Source: Octopus sinensis (lineage: Eukaryota). Taken from it: a stretch of DNA of 64,000 nt. The DNA is taken from contig NC_043021.1 of NCBI RefSeq assembly GCF_006345805.1, positions 8,804,001 through 8,868,000 of the forward strand, read 5' to 3'. Made by a program: the position numbers and the translations under genes. A model generated the notes under the pieces. It worked only from the letters and a program-made list of their open reading frames with translations, had not been told where the DNA came from and ran no database searches. Below are positions 1-13,244 of this stretch, in pieces (position 1 is the first letter of the stretch; every line of letters begins with the position of its first letter).

Positions 1-138
1 GTATCCTTACGAGTGTTTAGAAAGTCTTAGAAATTGGTTAGAATTCTTGGAAAACTGTTGTGGAAGGATTCCGACCACCCCCATGTGACTAAAAGTAGAT
101 TGACACATTACTATAAAATTTAAAAAACTGTCAGCAGT

Positions 139-798
139 ATAGGCGTAGGAGTGGCTGTGTGGTAAGTAGCTTGCTTACGAACCATATGGTTCCGGGTTCA
201 GTCCTATTGCGTGGCACCTTGGGTAAGTGTCTTCTACTAAAGCCTCGGGCCGACCAAATCCTTGTGAGTGGATCTGGTAGACGGAAGCTGAAAGAAGCCC
301 GTCGTAGTATATATGTATATATATATATATATGTATATATATATGATATGATATATATATGTATATGTATATATGTATATATATATATTATGTATATATG
401 TATATATATATGATATATTGTATATATATATGTATATATATATGTATATATATATATATATATATGTAAGATATATGTATATATATATATATGTCATATG
501 TGCTATATATATGTATATATATATATATATATGTATATAGTGTATATATATATATATATATATATGCATGTGCGTGTTTGTGTGTCTGTGTTTGTCCCCC
601 CAACATCGCTTGACAACCGATGCTGGTGTGTTTACGTCACCGTAACTGAGCGGTTCGGCAAAAAACAGACCGATAGAATAAGTACTAGGCTTACAAAGAA
701 TAAGTCCTGGGAGTCGATTTGATCGACTAAAGACGGTGCTCTAGCATGGCCACAGTCACATGACTGAAGCAAGTAAAAGAGAGTAAAGAGCAAAAGAG
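139..798 (+). mobile_element. tRNA-derived SINE family A, full length, long internal (TA)n
   Basis: A box TGGCTGTGTGG, B-box-like GGTTCAGTCC, body CCTTGGGTAAGTGTCTTC...GAAGCCCGTCG, (TA)n about 305-570, 3' half ending ATGACTGAAGCAAGTAAAAGAG; more than 10 homologues in window. Confidence 0.9.
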
Positions 799-1004
799 TT
801 CAGGGTAAGCAGTTCACTGTGTGCCGACCTGTGATAACTTTTGAAGCGATGACATAGTTTTCTGATATAGGAAAAATAAAAGAGAAAGAGAGATACAAAC
901 TGAACTGTAAAAGCAGTAAAATGCAATTTTCTACTGTGGATGGTAGAAAGCCATTTTCATTGTCTTAATTTTTTCACATCTCGTAAACCATTCGTTAATC
1001 ATTA

Positions 1005-1430
1005 TTACTCTTTTACTCTTTTACTTGTTTCAGTCATTTGACTGCGGCCATGCTGGAGCACCGCCTTTAATCGAGCAACTCGACTCCGGGACTTATTCTT
1101 TTGTAAGCCCAGTACTTATTCTATCGGTCTCTTTTGCCGAACGCTAAGTGACGGGGACGTAAACACACCAGCATCGGTTGTTAGCAATGCTAGGGGGACA
1201 AACACAGACACACAAAATATACACACACACCTATATATATATATATATATATACATACATATACGACAGGCTTCTTTCAGTTTCCGTCTACCAAATCCAC
1301 TCACAAGGCATTGGTCGGCCCGGGGCTATAGCAGAAGACACTTGCCCAAGATGCCACGCAGTGGGACTGAACCCGGAACCATGTGGTTGGTTAGCAAGCT
1401 ACTTACCACACAGCCACTCCTGCTCCTATA
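1005..1430 (-). mobile_element. SINE family A, full length
   Basis: Reverse complement of family A head, body, internal (TA)/(CA) and (AAAAGAGT)n tail. Confidence 0.9.
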
Positions 1431-1676
1431 TGTACCTCACGTTTGTGTTGTCTGTCCTCCTAGTGTCCCCTCTATATTTAAGGCTCTATCCCTAATAAAG
1501 AAATCAGTTCAGGGTGTGCCGAGACTGAGAGCGTTTAACCTCGTGTAACAGTAATCGTGCGACATCGTGTGAATACCTTCTTTCCCCCAGCTTCGTTAAA
1601 TTATTTATCCAACACCAGGATATATAAGAAAAAAGACAATGAAATATGTTACAGAATTATATATTTTTTATTAATA

Positions 1677-1900
1677 TACCTATTTCTTTATTACCCACAA
1701 GGGGCTAAACATAGAGGGGACAAACAAGGACAGACATAGGTATTAAGTCGATTACATCGACGACAGTGTGTAACTGGTGCTTAATTTATCGACCCCGAAA
1801 GGATGAAAGGCAAAGTCGACCTCGGCGGAATTTTGAACTCACAACGTAACGGCAGACGAAATACCGCAAAGCATTTCGCGCGGCGCGCTAACGCTTCTGA
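1677..1900 (-). mobile_element. SINE family B
   Basis: Reverse complement of GAGTTCAAAATTCCGCCGAGGTCGACTTTGCCTTTCATCCTTTCGGGGTCGATAAA core and TAGCCCCTTGTGGGTAATAAAGAAATA tail. Confidence 0.88.
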
Positions 1901-1974
1901 CCTTCTTTCTACGCATGCCTACACACATACACACGTACATTTATGTATCTCTGTGTTACATGGTGGCTGCCCCC

Positions 1975-2345
1975 TCGTTATCGAGTATGGCCATTGCACG
2001 AAGCTTAATCAATGTTGTTATCGTGCAATGCCTGTGCAAGAAGATTTTTTTTTAAGTGAGGAAAGGCTGTGCACTGAGTCAATCCCACTCACTAAGCAAC
2101 AGCAGCCATAAATCCGAAAAGAAGAACAAGTCAACATCATCGGTAACCACTGAGCCGCAGGTTTTATGTCGGAGTTATCCCAGTTACCTGAGTTACCTTC
2201 TCCTCGAAGGATGCCCTAACAAAGGCTAGGAATCCTTCACTTCCAATGGTTTAACCGCGCGATCAGGTATTCAGTCCGATTATTTCTATGTCCCCGTGCA
2301 TGATACAGCCTTAAGACATTTATTGGATGGCCGTTGACTCTCAAG
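1975..2345 (-). mobile_element. Possible RTE-type LINE 5' UTR fragment
   Basis: Minus strand GGCATCCTTCGAGGAGAAGGTAACTC resembles the GGAGAAGGAAAACTC motif I recall from RTE 5' UTRs; no ORF support. Confidence 0.3.
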
Positions 2346-2707
2346 AGTTACATACACGTATAGATAGACACATAGATTGACAGTTTCGTAGAGAAACAAA
2401 TATGAAATCGCATTGGGAACTTGATATACAGCATACGTACGTAACATATATACATATAAACTCAGAACATCAAGGAGCCATTTATATTTATGTTATTTCT
2501 TGAGGCGGAGTAATGATATTTAGCAACGAAATAAACTTTTATGGCATCTCTTTAAATTGATGTACAATGATTCCACTGTAGCACTCACAGAACATGTTAC
2601 TTTAAAAACAGCAATCATTTATTCACACGACACATTTCCGCCAACTTCACCATCCAATATATGTTAGCCAATCAAATCAGTTGTTTTTTCCCGCTATAGT
2701 TTAAAGA

Positions 2708-3029
2708 CTTTACTCTTTACTCTTTACTCTTTTACTTGTTTCAGCCATTTGACTGCGGCCATGCTGGAGCACCGCCCTTTTTAGTCGAGCAAATCGACCC
2801 CGGGACTTATTCTTTTGTAAGCCCAGTACTTATTCTATCGGTCTCCTTTTGCCGAACCGCTAAGTGACGGGGACGTAAACACACCAGCATCGGTTGTCAA
2901 GCAATGCTAGGGTGACAAACACACTCACACAAACACACACACACGCATATATATATATATACATATATACGACAGGCTTCTTTCAGTTTCCGTCTACCAA
3001 ATTCCACTCCCAAGGCATTGGTCGGCCCT
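2708..3029 (-). mobile_element. SINE family A lacking tRNA head
   Basis: 3' half, internal microsatellite and body; homology stops at GGTCGGCCC. Confidence 0.88.
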
Positions 3030-3444
3030 CTGTTTCTATAGAAACTTATTTAACTTAAAATCACCGAAGTTGAATTTTAGTCAAATCCTTGCATTTTCGT
3101 TGTTGTCATCTTCTGTTTCCCGAGTCGCCTCTTCTCAGAATCCAGCCAATCAGCGTTATCGTTCACCAGTCGTCATATATCCTTTATCCAGTCCAGTCCA
3201 GTTCCAACTGAAGGATTTTATAAAATTTTACTTAAAATACGCTTGAAAATAAGACAGGATAGTCACGGAGAGAACGCTATTCATCATATGTTTGCTCGAT
3301 CAGAGACGATCAGAGTTAAACAACTCCAACGTGAATATTCGGTCTAATAGTTCTGAAGACGTTAGAATTATCGGAAAATTCCTGGAATCAATTTGAACGA
3401 GAAGTTTGAATGATAAATAAGTAAAAGAATGCTCTCTCTCTCTT

Positions 3445-3527
<83 letters not shown>

Positions 3528-3909
3528 GAAATTAAATATAAAATATAAATTACAAAGTGGGACAAGAACGCAAAAACACACAAGGAGACGACACAAAAAA
3601 AACAGACGGGTCACTCGAAGCCTCTAATCTTCAGTCGGGAACCGGATCATCTTAGTAATTTCGGCTGTTTAATCTCGATATTACTCCGATCCGGCCAGCC
3701 CCAAGGAAAAACCAAGCCACAGGCATTGGATTTCTTGGAAAGAGGGTCGAATGTATACGGAACAAAGACAGGATGCCACACGAATATAAATACAAGAAAC
3801 AAAAATAGAAATAAAAAAAAACAGAAATAAAAAACACGAATGGTGGACAGTACAAGGACAGGAGCGCGTCTTACGACTTCAGACAATTTTTAACTTATCT
3901 TGGCTGGCG

Positions 3910-3969
<60 letters not shown>

Positions 3970-4601
3970 TGTATGTATGTATATCAGACATAAATAAATT
4001 TGTACTAGATACATACGCAAGTATGCATATGTATGCATTTATAATGCAAAAGATTCGTTAAAATCTTAAAATTTTTTTTTTAGCAATTCTTCACATTTAT
4101 TTTAATGTTTTTTGTTTTTTTTAACTCGGTTCAGTTTAGAATCGATACCATTTTTCAGAAGACAACGAAGACGAATATAAAAAAAAAAAAAGAATGCTAT
4201 GTTTACCTTAAGCAGATAAAAATAGTTTTTTTTGAGCAAGTCTATATGAGAACCCATTCTCGAGTCAGGAACACAATTGATTTATTTCTCAATACAAGCC
4301 TCTATCAGCTTTTACTGCCATTTCAACTTGTCTCACCGAAGAAACGCGACACTTGCCTCCCCAATCACTATTTTCGTCGTGTAAAGCAGATATCACATTA
4401 CCCGGTTTTAATACTATTCTAAAATAGAGACAAAGCGCTATATTACAAATAATTTATTCGCATAGATTGTGCAAAAGCTCTGACATCTCCAATCTCTCCT
4501 ACTTCGCTGTTTTTCATATTGTCTATTATACTATCTTCCTTTTCATCTCGTACGACTTTCGCTTACTTACACACACCTCCATACTACGCACACATACACT
4601 T

Positions 4602-4632
<31 letters not shown>

Positions 4633-4754
4633 ACTACTACTACTACTACTACTACTAATGTAGGATAAAAAATTTTTCAGAAAAAATTTCATCAAAAGTG
4701 GCAGCATATTAAAATACCTTTAAAGGTTAAAAGTATAAACAACTTGTTTATCAG

Positions 4755-4791
<37 letters not shown>

Positions 4792-4863
4792 GGTCCCAGG
4801 TTGAGTCGGGGTTAACCACAGTAAATAAGGTACTCAATACATAGCAGAGTAAATTAATTTATT

Positions 4864-4942
4864 TTATAGAAGGAGCTTCTACAGGACTAGAACTGTTTCA
4901 TTCAGATGAAACAGTTCTAGTCCTGTAGAAGCTGCTTCTATA

Positions 4943-4943
<1 letters not shown>
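4864..4943. repeat. 38-bp inverted repeat (1 mismatch) with 4-nt loop
   Basis: TTATAGAAGGAGCTTCTACAGGACTAGAACTGTTTCAT-tcag-ATGAAACAGTTCTAGTCCTGTAGAAGCTGCTTCTATAA. Confidence 0.95.
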
Positions 4944-5035
<92 letters not shown>

Positions 5036-5605
5036 GTATGTATATACACTTTATTAATAAAGCTGCAAAGATATCACAAAACCTATAAACTTTTACTCAG
5101 TGTTTCACATTCCCGTTCATCGGACAATTTTAGTTATATATATATGTGTGTGTTGTGTGTGTGTGTGTGTGTGGTGTGTGTGTGTGTGTGGTGTGTGTGT
5201 GTGTGTATGACTTCTAACTCAAAACATTCTAACAATGTTCAGCTTAGCTTTCGTACGTCTCAAGAGATGGCAGTTGTACAGAAAGACGTGGTATGCGGAT
5301 ATTGCTTGGGGCACAACAAAAGAAATAACGAACCATTGCTAAAGCACCTGCATGGTAAAGCAACTTGTCAGTAATATCAGTCAAAGCTTCTTTTAAATCA
5401 TACCTTGCTGTCACGAAAAAGGAAGGACATCCTGCATAATGCATTCCGTGATACCCATAAATACAGTTGGAATGTCTGTAATTATAGCCTACTCGATCAT
5501 TGCTGGACTGTCGATGACAAAAAGGACAATGACGACGATGACAACGTCAATGTCGGCGACGAAGATGACGCTGACATCGGCAGCCACAAAGACAACAGCA
5601 ACAAA

Positions 5606-6170
5606 GTTGTCCGGAAAGTTTGTACCGATTTTTAAAGGAAAGAAGAAGGTCAATAAATACTTGCCATTACATTTTTAATCAATCAAATATGCACCATTTG
5701 GTTGCACAATGCGTCTCCATCTTTCCTTTAATTTGAAAATACCCTCTTCCCAGAATTGAGGTGGTTTCATGGCAAAGAATTCATCAAGGTATCTTCTTAC
5801 GTCATCCAAGGAATTGAAATTTTTACCATTAAGACTATTCTGCAGAGACTGAATAAGTGGAAATCCAAAGGAGCAATATCTGGTGAATATGGAGGGTGGA
5901 GTAACACATCCCAGCCGAACTGCAGCAATTTTTGTCTGATTCCGAAAGCATCAAGTGCCGAAAATGAACTTTCTTATCTTCCATTTTAAAGGGTTACAAA
6001 ATTAACACAGGTTATAGGAACATAAACTTTCTTCCACAAAAAGACAGCTTAAACTGTGCTCTAAATGGAGGTGTAGTCAAATCCTATTTTATGGACTCAA
6101 CCATGTTCTAAAATAAGTCGAAATGTAAGCTACTATAAATCGGCACGAACTTTCCGGACAACCCAATATA
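5606..6170 (-). mobile_element. Internally deleted mariner element (copy 1)
   Basis: TIRs GTTGTCCGGAAAGTT.../...AACTTTCCGGACAACCCAATA; minus strand encodes the HPPYSPDIAP mariner C-terminus; near-identical to 36715-37287. Confidence 0.9.
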
Positions 6171-6234
6171 AACTCAACTTAAATAAGGTTTAAGTAAAAA
6201 AATCTTCCTATACAATTCTTTCGATCCTATTCTC

Positions 6235-6273
<39 letters not shown>

Positions 6274-6476
6274 TCTCAATGACTTCCTGTGTAGTTCTGA
6301 CCGCTGAGAATCTTCTTTCTCACTATGCACAACAAAATTTTATCTAACCCGATATTGCAATATACTAATGGTGTCTTCTGCATTTAACAAACCTTTGCTC
6401 TTTTGGTGAGCGTTAAGCACTGTGAATAGCAGCTTCTCAATTTCTTCTTTTCTATTCCTGTACTTCTGTCATTGGT

Positions 6477-6858
6477 GGAGGCGCAATGGCCCAGTGGTTA
6501 GGGCAGCGGACTCGCGGTCGGAGGATCGCGGTTTCGATTCCCAGACCGGGCATTGTGAGTGTTTATTGAGCGAAAACACCTAAAGCTCCACGAGGCTCCG
6601 GCAGGGGGTGGTGGTGAACCGTGCTGTACTCTTTCACTACAACTTTCTCTCGCTCTTTCTTCCTGTTTCTCTTGTACCTGTATTTCAAAGGGGCCAGCCT
6701 TGTCACATTCTGTGTGTCACGCTGAATCTCCTCGAGAACTACGTTAAGGGTACACGTGTCTGTGGAGTGCTCAGCCACTTGCACGTTAATATCACGAGCA
6801 GGCTGTTCCGTTGATCGTATCAGCTGGGACCCTCTTCGTCGCAACCGACGGAGTGCTC
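6477..6858 (+). mobile_element. tRNA-derived SINE family C, full length
   Basis: GGAGGCGCAATGGCCCAGTGG (A box), GGTTTCGATTCC (B box), tail ...CAACCGACGGAGTGCTCC. Confidence 0.9.
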
Positions 6859-7679
6859 CTAATAACTAAAACTTCTGTCTTTGTATCCTTTATAAAAGAT
6901 CTTGGTTTTAGCAAGTTCATAGGCAAGGTTTTTTTTAGTATGCTTATCAGTAAAATTAACGTAATCACGAAAAGCAATCGAGCGAGCTAGTCTCCTTGAA
7001 ATTAGCCCCTTCCGTATTGTCCCGCTTCTTCCCATGACTTTATTGCTGTTTCTGACAAAGTAAAATTGTTAATCTTCTCATTGGTCCCGAGTGCCTCTGA
7101 GGCGAAGTACTCAATAAGTGTAAACTTACATTTTCACTAAATGTTTTACAATAAGCGGATAGTTTGAAGCAATATTTATGTACTGCAGGCTTTTACTCGA
7201 TTTCTTCAATGGGAATTGTTGGTTTCTAAATTTAAGATGATATCTGATAAATTGACTATATATAAAGTTGAAAAAACAATAATATTTAGTTAATAGACGA
7301 GCAAAAAGCTCCCCGTCCAATGGACGGTGCTGAGTTGTCAAACATTTAAACCAAATTTTCTCAAAACAACTTGTCCAACCGTCCCATAGGCCTCCCCTTT
7401 GAGAAACACTGATTTAACCTAAATTCAAATTTAGACACCAGCAAAAGAAGAAATAATGATAGAATTTTTTCTATTCCAAAGAAAAACGGATTTTATTCAC
7501 ACAAATATGCAACCGAAGAATTTAAATTACCAGTAATGATAAGATTGTTGACTGGGAGAACACAAACATGGTTTAAACAGTAAGCTTGGCAGGAAAGAAA
7601 CGTGCCTTTAAGCAGTACAAAAACAACAAAAAATGGAAGGTGCATTTATGTACAGGTTGACAGAAGAAAAGCAGGACAA

Positions 7680-7859
7680 AAACGGCTTTATCGATCGCAT
7701 TCTCATCTGGAATCGATTTTTGTAAGTTTTTTTTTCAAGACTTATACACGCCCTGATACCGTCGGTATCTACATATCAAATTTGAGCGCAATCGGATGGA
7801 GGATGCCCGAGATCCTAGAAGACATACACAGACAGACAGAACGGATTTTATATAATAGA
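7680..7859 (-). mobile_element. Non-autonomous Helitron-like 5' end
   Basis: Minus strand begins A|TCTATTATATAAAATCCGTTCTGTCTGTCTG, like the 5' end at 36318; 3' end not located. Confidence 0.5.
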
Positions 7860-10084
7860 TAACACAAAACAATTTTCCCGAAAGCTATCTAACTGCCCGA
7901 AATTCATAGTTTGTATAATAACGAACCCGCCATCTCGATATAAGCTACTTTGGAAATTATTGAACGTATTATGTAATAAATGTAAGATATAAGACCAATA
8001 GTCTGACAAATTTCTACAGAGTCTAGACTATCCATTGATACACCAAAATAATTAACATTCGTCTTCGCTACTGATGGAAAGCGATAATCTTGCATACCTG
8101 ATTATTTCGATAACATAATCAGCCACTGAAATATAATGCTTAGCGAAAACTAATACTTCCTGGAGCAGAGATGAAATTCAATATTATGAAACGGGATAAA
8201 TGATGCTTATTACTTATACTACTGCACTGCTGAATAACAATTTCTAAAGTACATCAGTGTTTTTGTGATCATAAATTGGTATTTTTCACTGGAATATTTC
8301 AATATGCCAAGCAGGCGGAATGTCGAACACCATCGAACAATCGTGTTACACACTCGAACAAAATCAAATGGTTTCGTTATTGCTAATATGCATCGCATAT
8401 ACACTAGCTTATTTTTTTCTTCATTATTTCGTACGAGGTGTGTTCATCAAAGATTTCCCTGACCCACTTCCGTTTATTAGAGGAAACGGAATTTGTACAG
8501 GTATAATTATACATTTCTTTACATGTCACATTATATCTAAATTATAGCTTTCCACAATCATTCGTTTGTCTTTTACGGTTGCTGAAGTGGACCAAGGTGT
8601 TTATAATGAATAGATTCTCGGCAGATTCTTTACTTTTAGTTCTTGAGATTCAGAAATATGAAAAACACAGAGAAGAATATACACAATTTAGACATGTAAA
8701 TGTTTATTGTAGTTCTATTATTTACATTTAGTGATACTAAGCGAGGAGTCTTGAGTTCTGTGCTAAATAGTATCTCAGAGAAATGGAGTTTTTCTAGTTG
8801 AGTGCTGTACTGATATGTAATGACACTTATTCACATATTATTATTCACAGTGTTGTATTAATGAATAATTACCATTCCTTACAATAAAGGAAATATTGAG
8901 TTTGCCGACAACCAGATTAACGTCTGGCTACTAAGCAATCAAAAGATTATTGCTATGACACCGAGAGTTACGTGCGTGTCTTTTAAGGAAAACTGTGCTC
9001 TTCCCAATTGGCAGTGCCCGCAAAAAATGTTAAGTTTTCTTGAGGAGAATTAGGGACAAGAGCAACCAGAACAAAACAAGCAAGAGGACACAGAGTGTGA
9101 TTTAGGATGGTGGACAACAACGAAGGATCAAACGAAATACAGCCTTGGGCCAAGGAGGCGGGAATAGTAAGTAACGCTTAGAAGATGTCTTGAAGGATGG
9201 AGAACGGAGAGACAGAGAATTTGTGACTGGTCAACTATGGGACCAGAGTAAGAAAGGAAGGAAAAGGGGAACTATCGCTGTACACAGTATTATATAACCA
9301 TGAATGGATATATAATACTATACACTTCAATTAATGTACCAGTTCTACTGACAAATACACGAGTGCATTTTTTCCTGGTTTATGGATTCTTAGATGAGAC
9401 TCTGTGTGTGTGTGTGTACCTTGTATTCATCTATATCTTGTCTTGACTATTAAGCATACATATCTACATGTAAATACATATAACACGCACACATTTGTAT
9501 GTATGTATATATGTATGTAAATGAGTTCCTAACGTCGCATTGGTGGATAAAAAATCTTTATTTGTGGATTAAGGTCATCACATGGAACATCAGTGATCGT
9601 CTCAAATGGTAGATTTAACTCATAAATAAAGTATATATGTGTGTGTGCATGTGTGTGCATGTGTGTGTGCATGTGTGTGCATGTGTGTGTGTGTGTGTGT
9701 ATGTGTGTGTGTGTGTGTATGTATGTATTGCGCTATTTCAATGCTTAGCGTAGTATCCGTATCTTTTTTTGTGAGTTCTCTGTTCTGTGTATACTACGTT
9801 ACAATTTGCATCGCTATGTCTTCAGTAGGGTTTTCACAAAGAAACCAATCACTAAAGTTTACATGTATGAGCATGTTTATGTATATACATATGAATATAT
9901 AGGTGTGTATGTCTACATCTATTTATATACAAATATATATATATGTGTGTGTGTGTGGTGTGTGTGTGTGTTTGTTCGTATGTGTAAATATATAAATTTA
10001 AGTTACAAACGTATATTATATACATATATATATACATACATCTATGTCTATATGTGTGTGTGTGTATGTACGTATGTAACTCAT

Positions 10085-10315
10085 ATATGTTTGTTCCATC
10101 TCGAGCCATGCTTGGCTCATAAGGGCCGGTTTCCCGGTTACCTTGGCATATAGGTTCCCCATCTAAGCGGGACGCCGGTCCGTCGCAGGTGAGCTGCAAG
10201 ATGCAGGAAGAAAGAATGAGATAAAGTTTTGGCGAAAGAGTCAGCAGAAGTTCGCCATTAACTTCTGCCGGAGCCACGTGGAGCTTTAGGTGTTTTCGCT
10301 CAATAGACACACACA
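10085..10315 (-). mobile_element. SINE family E, 5'-truncated
   Basis: Shares GAGCGAAAACACCTAAAGCTCCACG with family C, then CTGCGACGGACCGGCGTCCCG segment shared with 23562-23866. Confidence 0.8.
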
Positions 10316-10523
10316 ATTCTCTTATCGCATTGATGTTGCCCGTGCAGCAGGTGGTGGCCACATTGAACACTTGTGAGGCAGGAAATAAAAGTTGATTGTG
10401 AGTAAATACTTGTGACTCAGCTGGAGTTCTCTATTGCTTTTCCTTATTAAGATATTGCGTAATGAAATCGATTCATTCTTTTTGGAATAACCCTATATAT
10501 ACATACACACACACCACACACAC

Positions 10524-10555
<32 letters not shown>

Positions 10556-10566
10556 CTATTATATAT

Positions 10567-10602
<36 letters not shown>

Positions 10603-10609
10603 CCAAACA

Positions 10610-10800
10610 AGATAACACAGAAAAAAACACAGCAACGCGAGGACGTGGAACAATTAAAGTATTATTTGACGCTCAGGAAAGAAGGGAAGAGGTGTTTAAC
10701 GTTTCGAGCGGAGCTCTTCGTCGGAAACAAAGGAGAAGGAAAGATCCCCAGAAGGGAAGACAGAGGAAAAAAAATTTTTTTGCTGGTGGTGCTCAAGAGA
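10610..10800 (-). mobile_element. Penelope pLTR-like repeat P1 with minimal hammerhead motif (U4 to C)
   Basis: Minus GTTT-CCGACGA-A-GAGC-TCC-GCTC-GAAACGTT-AAAC at 10694-10728; homologous to 37915-38120. Confidence 0.65.
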
Positions 10801-10810
10801 TCACATATAC

Positions 10811-10966
<156 letters not shown>

Positions 10967-11444
10967 TACTGATCGAAGTATACATTATTATATATTCATT
11001 ACGGCCGATCTTATTAATCGGTTTCGCACTAGGGGTCAATGGGGTGTCAGATAACTGCCTGATTATGTAGCCCTGCACATTCTTCATTTATATATATAGC
11101 GATTTTAACAGCCCAACTCGAAGTAGATGAAGCTATAAATAATAGCTGTAAATATTAGATTAAACAATACGTTAGATGAAAAAATTCGAAGGCTGCCCCT
11201 GGTACTAAACCCCGCATCTGCAAACATCATACAGGCTCTGCTACTGTAGCAAAGACAATTCTTTAGATTTCATCATTATAGAAACGTTGTCCTTACCAGC
11301 GAGTCTTGCAATATGCTTACATTATAAGAACTTAGAAACTGTGAAAGACATGAAATAAATCGAAGTCGGTAAAGATCTTAATAACTGATTGTAAAGAGTG
11401 GGTAAAAAAACAGAACCGCGAGATGATAAACGTTGAAGGCTGCC

Positions 11445-12141
11445 TCTGTGTGTGTGCGCATGTGTGCATGTGTGCATGTGTGCGTGTGTGCGTGTGCATT
11501 TGTATATATGTGTGTGTATCTGCGCGCGCGTGTGTGTGTTTGTGAGTGTATGCGTGTGTGTGTGTGTGAGTGTGTGTGCATGTGTGCGTGTGTGTGTGCA
11601 TTTGTATATATGTGTGTGTATCTGCACGCGCGTGTGTGTGTTTGTGAGTGTATGCGTGTGTGTGTGTGTGAGTGTGTGTGTGTGTGTGTGTGCGTGTGCA
11701 TTTGTATATATATGTGTGTGTATCTGCGCGTGCGTGTGTGTGTTTGTGAGTGTATGCGTGTGTGTGTGTGTGAGTGTGTGTGTGTGTGTGTGCGTGTGCA
11801 TTTGTATATATGTGTGTGTATCTGCGCGCCGTGTGTGTGTTTGTGTGTGTATGCGTGTGTGTGGTGTGAGTGTGTGTGCATGTGTGCGTGTGCATGTGTG
11901 CGTGTGCATTTGTATATATGTGTGTGTATCTGCACGCGTGTGTGTGTTTGTGTGTGTATGTGTGTGTGTGTGTGTGAGTGTGTGTGTGTGTGTGTGTGTG
12001 CATTTGTATATATGTGTGTGTATCTGCGCGCCGTGTGTGTGAGTGTGTGTGCATGTGTGCGTGTGCATGTGTGCGTGTGCATGTGTGCATGTGCATGTGT
12101 GCGTGTGCATTTGTATATATGTGGTGTATCTGCGCGCGTGT

Positions 12142-12179
<38 letters not shown>

Positions 12180-12215
12180 TTGTGCGTGTACATTTGCGTA
12201 TATGTGTGTGTTTGT
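11445..12215. repeat. About 100-bp higher-order minisatellite built on (TG)n
   Basis: Anchor CATTTGTATATA at 11497, 11599, 11699, 11799, 11907, 12001, 12108. Confidence 0.9.
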
Positions 12216-12807
12216 GTAGTTGTGTGTATCGTTATAAACGGGTTTGTATTTTGGTTTCCGAAAATTCTTTTTTAGAATGTTTATATCTTGATAAGATAAT
12301 TTTTAGAAATTCAGCGTAAAATTGGAAATATTACCTTCGCCAATATCCCGTAAATAATTAATAAAAGGTTTACAGGTAATCATTAGAGAAACGTAATGGT
12401 TTTATTCCCTTAAACGTATTTGATTTTAATATGTTTTTAAATAAAACATTTTTTACAACCCAATAAAACGACGTACATTTATGAGTGCGAGATCAAAGAC
12501 TGTTTTGATTATCGACGGCGTTCTTCTTGTGAAGAGGCTCCATTCTCATATTAACAAATCAGCGAAGATTAAAAGTCTAAAAGAAAATCGAATATAGAAC
12601 AACTGCATACCATTATCTAATTTAAAGTTTTGGGCGTGTCTGAAAGATCTCTCAGAAGTCTTCATCGAATTCGCAACAAAAAGGAAGTCGATCGTTGTTT
12701 GAGGCAACACAGCATGAACGATATCGATGGACTTTGCCTGCGTTCCATTAGAAGCGAAATTGTTTCGATTACCACAGCTGTTGTTGTATTTGTTCTCCTT
12801 TTTTTGT

Positions 12808-13016
12808 CTTTTACTTGTTTCAGTCATTAGACTGCGGCCATGCTGTGGCACAGCCACGAAGAACTTTCAGCCGAATGAATCGATCCCAGTACTTTTTTTT
12901 AAGCCTGGTACTTATTCTATTTATCTTTTTTTACCGAACCGCTAAGTTACAGGGACGTAAACAAACAAACACCGGTTGCCAAGCGGTGGAGGAGGGGAAC
13001 AAACACACGCACAAAG

Positions 13017-13086
<70 letters not shown>

Positions 13087-13244
13087 GACGGACTTCTTTT
13101 AGTTTCCGTCTAAGAAATCCACTCACAACGCTTTGGTCAACCTGCGGCTTTCGTAGAGGACAGTTGCCCAAGGTGCCACGCAGTGGGTCTGAACCTGGAC
13201 CTTGTGGTTGGAAAGCAAGTCTCTTACCACACAGCTACGCCTGT
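12808..13244 (-). mobile_element. SINE family A, full length
   Basis: Reverse complement of family A with internal (CA)n(TA)n. Confidence 0.88.

Noticed and set aside
2200-2260. HDV-like ribozyme in the putative RTE 5' UTR
   Set aside because: A P3-like CTA/TAG pairing exists but no P1/P1.1 partner could be placed
3526-3900. Another hammerhead-bearing repeat
   Set aside because: Looks like a dispersed repeat, but CTGAAGA and GAAA are not in a foldable order
5500-5605. Acidic Asp-rich coding segment
   Set aside because: Degenerate (GAC/AAC)n repeat abutting a mariner TIR
6477-6550. tRNA genes at SINE heads (families A-G)
   Set aside because: A/B boxes are present but no complete cloverleaf, and each runs into a SINE body
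11322-12319. Several 200-280-aa His/Thr or Cys/Val ORFs
   Set aside because: Stop-free frames of a TG minisatellite on both strands
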